A stretch of DNA of 64,000 nt. Origin: an uncultured virus (IMG/VR IMGVR_UViG_3300037114_000074) (Duplodnaviria; Heunggongvirae; Uroviricota; Caudoviricetes). This document shows, piece after piece, positions 57,093 to 64,000 of this stretch. The stretch lies in the IMG/VR virus record IMGVR_UViG_3300037114_000074; one strand, written 5' to 3'. The notes beneath the pieces were generated by a model. That model ran no database searches. It saw nothing but the letters and a program-made list of their open reading frames with translations, and was not told the DNA's origin. Both the position numbers and the translations under genes were made by a program. Numbering within the stretch: position 1 is the first letter of the stretch; every line of letters begins with the position of its first letter.

Positions 57093-57757
57093 GGCACGGG
57101 CTCTCCAGAAAGACCCACCACCGGGCCGCCGCCGCTTGGCGCGACGTAGGTCCCAGGCGTGTGATCGTGCGTCCCGAGCACAACGCCCAACGCGTCCTGT
57201 ATCTCTCCCGCGCCGTTCACGGTGGCGCCGTTGAGGTTGATGCTCGAGCCATCGAACGTAATGACGCCCGGGGAGACGATCCTAATACCCCCCGCAGCCG
57301 GAAGAAATTGCACGTACTGGGTTGGCGCTACGGCAGACATTGCACAGCCCACATAAATGCCATCGGCGAAGTTGAAGCGCCGAAGCGATCCGGGGAGCGC
57401 GGCTGAGAGCGTAGCGATCACGTTGGAGATGTCCCGGTCGCAGCACACAAGCAACCCGAGGTCACCAACGGCCGGGTCTAGAATGACCGCGGAAGTGCCG
57501 CCCTGATAACGCAGGTATGGGCGCCCGTAGACCGTCTTGTGCACTTGTCCCTGGCCGATGCCGTTGACCTGCGACACCAGAGGCAGCACGTCCATCGTAC
57601 CGATAGGCCCAAGGCCACCGTCGTAGACCGCCAGCACCCTGACCGGGTGAGCCGTGCGCACGTTCGCCAGGATAGAGTTCACGAGGAAGCTGAGCGCCTG
57701 GTACTCCGTCGCTGCGGACGAAAGGTCCTGCAGCGGGTACGAGAGGTTCGCGCTCAT
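57089..57757 (-). CDS. Baseplate spike (GpV/gp138-like)
   Basis: PYLRYQGG..DPAVGDLG..CDRDIS; C-terminal HxH (THDH). Confidence 0.85.
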   Translation of the reverse strand: MSANLSYPLQDLSSAATEYQALSFLVNSILANVRTAHPVRVLAVYDGGLGPIGTMDVLPLVSQVNGIGQGQVHKTVYGRPYLRYQGGTSAVILDPAVGDLGLLVCCDRDISNVIATLSAALPGSLRRFNFADGIYVGCAMSAVAPTQYVQFLPAAGGIRIVSPGVITFDGSSINLNGATVNGAGEIQDALGVVLGTHDHTPGTYVAPSGGGPVVGLSGEPVP

Positions 57758-58677
57758 GCGGCCGCCAAGGCTGCGGCTGCCTGTGCCGGGCCGTAGTAGC
57801 AGTCGATGTGGCTGAACCATGCGCCGTCGGGCTGCAGGCTCTCCAGGTCGTGCGTCATCGCCACCGCGAACCACGGCCCGTTCGCGCCAGGCACAATGCT
57901 ATCTCGTATCTGAAATTCAGAGCCGATTGTGAGCGCCGGGGTGAAGATTACGTCTGCGTGAATCCCGAACCGCTGCACCGTGGGGAACCCCACGAGGCCG
58001 GAAGTCGGAGAGAACACCGGCACCGGCTTTCCCTGGCGCGGCTGGTTCTTCGGGCAGATCGCGAGTACGTTGTTACCGTCGAAGTAGAAGTCCAGGTCGG
58101 CGTGCTCGCAGAGCGCCTTGAACTGGTCCATGAGTGTGCCTGGGAAGTACGGGGTCGGCAGGCTCCCGCTCACGTTGTTGGGCTCGAGCGTGAAGCCCAT
58201 CTGTCCGGCCAAGTACTGCGCGATCGAGACGACAGACGGCGCGTCAGTGCCAACCCCAGGGTAGGAGGTCGGCGCCGCAATCGCGAGTTGCACGCCATTG
58301 GCGACCGCCGCGAGGACGTGCAGTTTGACGTTCGGTGCGTTCGTATAGTCCGGCGCCGCGTCGATAAAGTTGCCCTCGAACACCTGAGTCCACGGCGGGT
58401 TGCCGTCCGAGCTGGCCTCGAGCTGCACGAGGGCTTCCGCGCCCGGCGTCGTCACCGCCGGTCCGCCCCACAGGACCGTGAGCTGGTTCATGTCGGACTG
58501 CGTCATGCCGAACACAGACAGGTCCAACTGAGAGGCGAAACAAGCGGCAGCGGTGATGTGGGCGAGCATGCGGTAACCGACCAGCGTCAGCGTGTTGCTC
58601 GGGGTACCGGGGAAATTCGCCTGCGGCAATATCAGCGTGGCCCGCAGGGACTTCTGCCCGTAGCTGCCACTGCTCAC
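57754..58677 (-). CDS. Baseplate hub protein
   Basis: Position; VFGMTQSDM, VFEGNF, SPTSGLVGFP, HDLES..WFS. Confidence 0.8.
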   Translation of the reverse strand: MSSGSYGQKSLRATLILPQANFPGTPSNTLTLVGYRMLAHITAAACFASQLDLSVFGMTQSDMNQLTVLWGGPAVTTPGAEALVQLEASSDGNPPWTQVFEGNFIDAAPDYTNAPNVKLHVLAAVANGVQLAIAAPTSYPGVGTDAPSVVSIAQYLAGQMGFTLEPNNVSGSLPTPYFPGTLMDQFKALCEHADLDFYFDGNNVLAICPKNQPRQGKPVPVFSPTSGLVGFPTVQRFGIHADVIFTPALTIGSEFQIRDSIVPGANGPWFAVAMTHDLESLQPDGAWFSHIDCYYGPAQAAAALAAA

Positions 58678-59054
58678 GCGGCGACCGCCTGCTGCGTCGG
58701 GTCCCCGATCGCAGCCAAGTCGGAAGGCGCGAAGTACAGCAACTGCCAACGCGTGCCGAGCCCCGCAGCCTGCGGGTCGGCATCCCCTATGGTGTCGACG
58801 AACAGAAAGTCGCCCTCAAATCCCAAGTAGCGCGAGTCAAGAAGCAGGAACGGAGGGGCTTCATCAGCGCCCCCCGCGTACGCGCGACACCGCCGGCAGT
58901 TCACGATCGGCACCCCGTCTGCAGCGAGGTCGCAGTAGAGGTCGGCGACCGGAGCCAGGCCCAGTTGGTAGATCGCGAGGCTCACGGACTGGCCGCCCAG
59001 GCTCACTGAGAGTGACTGCGAAGGGACTGGCGAGAGCGGAACGACCTGCATCAC
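58674..59054 (-). CDS. Baseplate plug protein
   Basis: VPLSPVPSQSL, GFEGDFLFVDT.G.DP..GLGTRWQL. Confidence 0.8.
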   Translation of the reverse strand: MMQVVPLSPVPSQSLSVSLGGQSVSLAIYQLGLAPVADLYCDLAADGVPIVNCRRCRAYAGGADEAPPFLLLDSRYLGFEGDFLFVDTIGDADPQAAGLGTRWQLLYFAPSDLAAIGDPTQQAVAA

Positions 59055-59800
59055 TGGCTCCCGAACGAGTTGGCGAGCGAGGCGCTGTCGGGCAGCACGG
59101 AAACCACAGAGAGCGGCACCGGCTGCGGCAGCACCGCGCCCGCGTTCGTCGACGGCAGCGCCGAGCGGTTCACCGCATTCTGCAGCACGGTCGAAGAGTA
59201 CTGCGCCTGCACGGGGTTGATCCCTTTGAAGTAGACGTCCACCTCGGTGAGGAAATAAGCTCCGTCGGCCGTCACGCCCTGCGTGGTGCGCACCACGTCG
59301 TAGTACTCAATGTCAACGTTCTGGTAGCTGTACTCCGGCGTCATGATCGTGTAGAGCGCGATAGAGTCAGCCGCCGCATCCAGGGTCTTGAGAAACTCCT
59401 TGCGTTCCGCGAGCGTGCTGCCCTTGGACATACGCACGCGGCAGTCGAACGGCAGTTTCACCTTGTTGTAGGTGGCGTAGGCGGTGGGCGACGAGGCGGT
59501 CCCCTGGATAGGGAAGTCGCTGATCCGCCAGCGCGGGTGGTGCTCGAACTCCAGGATCGAGTCCGGCACGAACACGGCATTGCCAGACTGGTCGAAGATG
59601 CCCCACTGGTTCTGGCTCGACACGGAAATCATCCCGAAGAGCGTCGACAGCCCCAGCCCGGCCGCGTACGTGATGACGGAGCTCTCGTTCGGCAGCGCCG
59701 CGCCCGCGAGCTGGGTCGGCGTAGGTACGTTCGACAGCGTGGTGCGCGCCAGCTGCGGGACGCCCGGCAGGTTCGGCACGTTGGGGAACAGCAGGCTCAC
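59051..59800 (-). CDS. Tail tube initiator/baseplate (Dit-like) protein
   Basis: PNVPNLPGVP, WGIFD, ISDFPIQG, YNKVKLP; follows the tape measure gene. Confidence 0.75.
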   Translation of the reverse strand: MSLLFPNVPNLPGVPQLARTTLSNVPTPTQLAGAALPNESSVITYAAGLGLSTLFGMISVSSQNQWGIFDQSGNAVFVPDSILEFEHHPRWRISDFPIQGTASSPTAYATYNKVKLPFDCRVRMSKGSTLAERKEFLKTLDAAADSIALYTIMTPEYSYQNVDIEYYDVVRTTQGVTADGAYFLTEVDVYFKGINPVQAQYSSTVLQNAVNRSALPSTNAGAVLPQPVPLSVVSVLPDSASLANSFGSQ

Positions 59801-61278
59801 TACGCCAGCCCCGGGTCTGACTGCGCGACCAGGAACTTGCGCTCGATCGCGCGGTTCACATCAGAGGCCATGCGGTTCGCGTCCGTGGCCTGCGTGTTGA
59901 TCGTCATGCTGCCGATGTTGAGGCGCGGACCGAGCGTGGAGCTGGTCGGCTTCGAGCCTGCTGCGCCTACCGCTGGCGGCCTCTTCGCGCCCGGGGTGCC
60001 CAACTCAGCGCCTGAGAACCACGGAGACCCCGTCCTCCCACCACCTGTGAACCACGGCGAGCCCATAAATTCAGGCGTCAGTTGGCCACTAGACATACCT
60101 TGAGCAACATAGCCGGCTGGATTTTTCAGTGAGTCGTAAGCGACGAGGGCTTTTGACCAGGAAGAGTCCCCTGCAGACCCGCCGGCCTCCATGTGCAGGA
60201 GCTTCAGCGCGTCGAGATTCACGCCGGAAGGCAGTCGCGCAGCAACCTTTGGAGGGATCTGAATCGCGGCGAGTCTGTCCTTACGTCCCGCGTACATTAC
60301 GTCCGCCGCCTTACCGCCAAGCCACGACATCGCGTCCGCCGCCTTATCGCCAAGCCACTTGTCCGCGTCGTCAAGCATCTTCCCTGTATCCCCGGCATTC
60401 CAGATCGACTGCGCCCATTCAAAGAGTTTGGCTATCGACTTGAGCGCGGGGGTGAGATCCTTGATGGCGCCTACTAAGTCGTCAATCGCAGGGGTAAGAG
60501 TCCCCAGCATTACCGCAGCATTATCCTCCAGCCCGTACCCCACGTCGGTGAGGTGCCGCCCGAGTTCCTTCTGCTGATCGATGAGCTTGTCGGTGATGTC
60601 TTTGTTGCTTGCGGTGGCCTTTTTGTAATTGTCTTCAAACTCCTTGAGCGGTCCGCCTACCGCGTTAGAAATTCCAGGTGCCCCGGGGAACATCTGCTGC
60701 GCCCACCACACGCGCCTCGATGTCTGGGTTTTGTCATCCGGAAACCGTTCATGCAAACGCTTCGCGGCATTGAACAAAGTATCCTTCGTTGGTAAGGGGT
60801 TCCCGTGCTCGTCCGTGTACTTCACGCCCATGCGATTCAGCATGACGAGGCTCTGCGAGACCTGCCCCTGGTACTCCAGGCCGAAGATCGCGGCGTTGAG
60901 TCCCTGCACCGCGCTGATCGCGTCCTGCGCCTTGCCGCCAGAAAGCTCCGCGACCTCGCCGAAGCGCCGCAACTCGGCGCCCGACGTCCCGAGGTACTCC
61001 GCGGCGTAACCCAGGTCCCGGAGCTCGTGCTGCAGGTTGATGAAATAATCGACCAGCCCCTCGACGCTCTTGAACGCCAGGAACAGGCTGGTGAAGCGCC
61101 ACACGAGGGACGCGACCGATGAGCCAAGCGACGCGAAGGAGGCCGCCATGCCCTCGCCGGTCTCGGTCGCGGTGCTCCCCATCCGCTCCATCGAGCCGAG
61201 GATCTTGTTGACGCCGGACTGGAACTCCTCGCTGCTCAGTCCGATGTCAAGCGTCAGGCTGTCAATTGTCTCGGGCAC
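59800..61278 (-). CDS. Tape measure protein
   Basis: TIDSLTLDIGL N-terminus; helical; follows the chaperone genes. Confidence 0.8.
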   Translation of the reverse strand: MPETIDSLTLDIGLSSEEFQSGVNKILGSMERMGSTATETGEGMAASFASLGSSVASLVWRFTSLFLAFKSVEGLVDYFINLQHELRDLGYAAEYLGTSGAELRRFGEVAELSGGKAQDAISAVQGLNAAIFGLEYQGQVSQSLVMLNRMGVKYTDEHGNPLPTKDTLFNAAKRLHERFPDDKTQTSRRVWWAQQMFPGAPGISNAVGGPLKEFEDNYKKATASNKDITDKLIDQQKELGRHLTDVGYGLEDNAAVMLGTLTPAIDDLVGAIKDLTPALKSIAKLFEWAQSIWNAGDTGKMLDDADKWLGDKAADAMSWLGGKAADVMYAGRKDRLAAIQIPPKVAARLPSGVNLDALKLLHMEAGGSAGDSSWSKALVAYDSLKNPAGYVAQGMSSGQLTPEFMGSPWFTGGGRTGSPWFSGAELGTPGAKRPPAVGAAGSKPTSSTLGPRLNIGSMTINTQATDANRMASDVNRAIERKFLVAQSDPGLA

Positions 61279-61947
61279 GCGCTAGCCTCCGCTCGTTCTC
61301 CAGGTCCACCGCGATGATCTCGATGAAGTCGTAAAGGTCGCGAGTGCCGTAAATAGTCTGTAGCTCGTAGCGAGTCGCAAGGCCGCGGGCGGATATGACT
61401 ACCGCGATGGTCTGCGGCACATTCGCGTACCTCAGGAGCGCGACGCCACCGGAGAGTCCTGAGAGGTCGAGCGCCTTGCGTTTGAAAAAAAACCTGTGTG
61501 CAGTTGCACGAACTCCACGCGCAGCCTGAGCCGCGTCGTCCACTCCTCGATCTGGCAGGCGTCGCCCTCGAACAACTGCTGCGGTGGCGGCTTCGCGGCG
61601 TGGCCCTTGGCCTTGGGTTGGTACTGCACGTATCGCCACATGTTATCAAGCGCCTGGTCCTGCAGCGCGCGCCCAGTCTCAAACGTGAAGGGCTGCACTT
61701 TAAGAGCCAGCCCAGCCATGCCGCTCACTTTGGCCTCTTCGCCGGGTTCGTCCTGTGCCTCCGCACTTGCCTTGGGCTCTGCGCCGCCCTTGACAGTCTC
61801 TAAGACGAGGAAGCCGGACTTCTGTAGCAGATCCATTGCCAACGTTGCCCACAGCTCGCCCTCTTCGGCGGGCATCTCAGTAAGCAGAAACACCTTGCCC
61901 TGGTCCCGGCCGGGCTGGGTGATTGTTACTTCTTGAGTGCGACGCAT
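61262..61947 (-). CDS. Tail assembly chaperones G/GT (short form 61432-61947; long form by -1 frameshift)
   Basis: GRDQGKVFLLTEMPA; T8 slippery run at 61485-61492 leads into the -1 frame ...LATRYELQTIYGTRDLYDFIEI. Confidence 0.85.
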
Positions 61948-61949
61948 GG

Positions 61950-62384
61950 CTACAGCACCGAGGAGATCATCTTGCCGAAGGTGATCTCGTACTTCATTGG
62001 CTGCATGAGCTTCTTGCCCGCGGGGATTTTCGGGAACTCCGTGAGCGAGCCGTCGCTGCTGAAGGTCCACAGCTTCCCTAAGCCCGGGGCGGACAGGCTG
62101 ACGCCGATCCCGTAAGCATCCTGCGCGGCTTCCTGCGCCTCCTGTATCGCGTCCATGATCGCGACGGAAGGGGAGTCAGCTTGCAGGGTGAACGGGAACG
62201 GCACGAGGAAGGCGACGTAGCCCTGGGACTTCCTGGCGTCCACCCCCACCATCACCTCGACCGGCTTGACCGCGATCGCGCCGAAGGCGTCGTCGGTAGC
62301 GAAGCCCTGGATCTGCACGGGCCCGATGTCCAGGTCAGTGCAGGTGAGGGTGAGGACGGCGTTTGCGACTGTCAGCGTTGCCAT
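61950..62384 (-). CDS. Tail tube protein (DUF3277-like)
   Basis: IQGFATDDAF, MVGVD, TLQADSPS. Confidence 0.85.
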   Translation of the reverse strand: MATLTVANAVLTLTCTDLDIGPVQIQGFATDDAFGAIAVKPVEVMVGVDARKSQGYVAFLVPFPFTLQADSPSVAIMDAIQEAQEAAQDAYGIGVSLSAPGLGKLWTFSSDGSLTEFPKIPAGKKLMQPMKYEITFGKMISSVL

Positions 62385-62387
62385 GAT

Positions 62388-63911
62388 TTACTCCACGTCC
62401 ACAGCGTTGACGGTGAACTGCTGGATGTTGCCGCCGTCGGTGTAGTAGAAATAGATGTTTGGTGACGCCCGGGCGTTGCGCGCGGTAGCCCCCGGGTCCG
62501 TCACACTCAGGTACCACCCTTGGTTCTCCAGCGTCGCCAGCGCCCCGGCGCTCAGGGCAGCGGTGATCTCCGCGTCCTGCGCGCCCGACAGGTCCACGTT
62601 ATTCGTCCACGCGCCAAAGGTCCCCATCTGGTCGATGGCGCCCTGCAGCGCCTGGCGCACGCCGTTGTACCCGGCTTCCGTGTAGGGGACCCACTTGATC
62701 GACGTGCGGTAGACCAGCAGATCGTTCTGCATCTGCGAATTGAAGTAGAGCTGGTTGATGTACGGGTCGATCCACTCCCACTCCCCCGGCATGCTCCCGG
62801 GCTGCAGGAATTGGAACTGCGCCGTGCGCGTGGCCACATTGCAGTAGCAGTTGTAGCCATTGCCGACGAGGTTGTTGTAGACGGTGAGGCTGGACACGTC
62901 CGGCGTGAGACCGGCTTGGCCCAAGTACGCGAAATCGATGCGCCCGTCTTCCTGCGTAAAGTCGATCGAGGCGATCGCGCCTAAGACGAAGGCTGCCTTG
63001 GTGGGATCCAGCCCCCACAGCGGGATCGTGCCGTTGTACTGGGCGGCCGTGAGCAGTGCGCCGAAGCAAGCGGCGTCGTTGGTTGAGGTCGAAGGCGTCG
63101 GGTCCGAGTCCCACGGGACGTACGCGTACTGCCCGTTCTGCTGGCTCGCCCACAAGGAGAACTGCAGCTTGAGCGGGCCGCCGGGGGCGCCGGCGTCCGG
63201 GTCGAACAGTGTGGTGAATGCCGCCCAGTTCTGCGTGGCCGCGATGATGGACGCCATCACGCCCGCCGGGGTGGCGATTGCAGCGCCAGCCGAAAGCACC
63301 GCGCCGAGCGTGGCCGTGAAGTTGAAGTCCGGGGAGAGCGAGGAGTCGGTGCCGTAGCCGACGCTGCTCGCGCTCCCGGTCGTGCCGCTGGTAATGAGGA
63401 AGGCTTGGCGCAGCACGTCGTAGGTCACGGTCGCGGTCGTGGTCGGGGTGCCCGCCTGCAGGCCGGTCTGGATGAGCGCGGCGGCGGCGGTAAAGCTGGA
63501 GGCAGACGCAAGGTTGATCGCGGCGGAGGTGTGGCTCACCCCGTCGATCACCACCGTGATGGTGCCGGAGAGCGCCTGGAGCTGCGCGAGCGTGAGCCCC
63601 GCGACCGAGCCGCCGCGCATGTAGCCCGCGACCACCGTGGTGTTGTACTGGACGAAGTAGAGCTCGGACGGGATCTGCTGCGCGCCGGTGAAGCCTGCGA
63701 AGTAGATGGCGGCGGCCTGGGCGTGCACCGAAGCCGGGCCGAACCACGCGCTCACCGCAGCCGCGCTACCGAAGCCCTGCACGGTGCCGATGGGGATGGA
63801 CGGGTCCTTCTGCAGGATTATGCCGTTCATCGAGAGCGGCACACCGGCGGCCGACAGCACCGACGGCAGGGAGCTCACGAACTTGGATGCGGGGATGGCG
63901 GCGATGGTCAT
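62388..63911 (-). CDS. Tail sheath protein (DUF3383)
   Basis: AIPASKFV..PSVL, QNWAAFTT, WIDPYINQ, YYTDGG.IQ. Confidence 0.92.
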   Translation of the reverse strand: MTIAAIPASKFVSSLPSVLSAAGVPLSMNGIILQKDPSIPIGTVQGFGSAAAVSAWFGPASVHAQAAAIYFAGFTGAQQIPSELYFVQYNTTVVAGYMRGGSVAGLTLAQLQALSGTITVVIDGVSHTSAAINLASASSFTAAAALIQTGLQAGTPTTTATVTYDVLRQAFLITSGTTGSASSVGYGTDSSLSPDFNFTATLGAVLSAGAAIATPAGVMASIIAATQNWAAFTTLFDPDAGAPGGPLKLQFSLWASQQNGQYAYVPWDSDPTPSTSTNDAACFGALLTAAQYNGTIPLWGLDPTKAAFVLGAIASIDFTQEDGRIDFAYLGQAGLTPDVSSLTVYNNLVGNGYNCYCNVATRTAQFQFLQPGSMPGEWEWIDPYINQLYFNSQMQNDLLVYRTSIKWVPYTEAGYNGVRQALQGAIDQMGTFGAWTNNVDLSGAQDAEITAALSAGALATLENQGWYLSVTDPGATARNARASPNIYFYYTDGGNIQQFTVNAVDVE

Positions 63912-64000
63912 GTTGGGTACCTTACGTTGATGTCTACCAACTCGAGGTCAAGCTCGTCGGTGTACTGCTGCGGCGCAGTCACCACCGGGTTGTATTGCAG
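63908..64000 (-). CDS. Partial neck/tail terminator protein (C-terminus)
   Basis: LQYNPVVTAPQQYTDEL...; TGA overlaps the sheath ATG. Confidence 0.65.
   Translation of the reverse strand: MQYNPVVTAPQQYTDELDLELVDINVRYPT

Noticed and set aside
1..64000. Integrase, repressor, att sites or tRNA genes
   Set aside because: None recognised; the neck-gene part of the genome lies outside the window, so lifestyle is not established

Overview
The window covers most of a circularly permuted, GC-rich tailed-phage genome. Its contractile-tail architecture (DUF1073 portal, DUF2213 protease, DUF2184 capsid, DUF3383 sheath, DUF2612 and J baseplate) resembles Bcep781-like myoviruses. Layout: head and packaging genes on the minus strand (1-13.3 kb); a Q-like gene, an iteron-type origin and a Prim-Pol primase/helicase (13.7-16.7 kb); a plus-strand block of small mosaic ORFs plus nucleotide-metabolism and replication genes (17.1-34.5 kb); an early region behind a sigma70 promoter (34.5-39.2 kb); a bidirectional terminator; then lysis/envelope, tail-fibre, baseplate and tail genes on the minus strand (39.4-64 kb). 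I saw no integrase, tRNA or CRISPR array. The strongest findings are three. (1) An intein in the MuF head gene has no endonuclease in its own frame, but a complete HTH + Vsr/DUF559-like nuclease gene with its own RBS and TATAAT box is nested on the OPPOSITE strand in codon register. (2) Three type II hammerhead ribozymes, plus a possible remnant of a fourth, each lie directly in front of an early-gene RBS. (3) A putative pyrimidine-modification pathway combines two divergent thymidylate-synthase paralogues, dCMP deaminase, a dNMP kinase, a MazG-like enzyme and a UDG-fused family A polymerase. All family assignments come from motif recognition by eye; no database searches were run.
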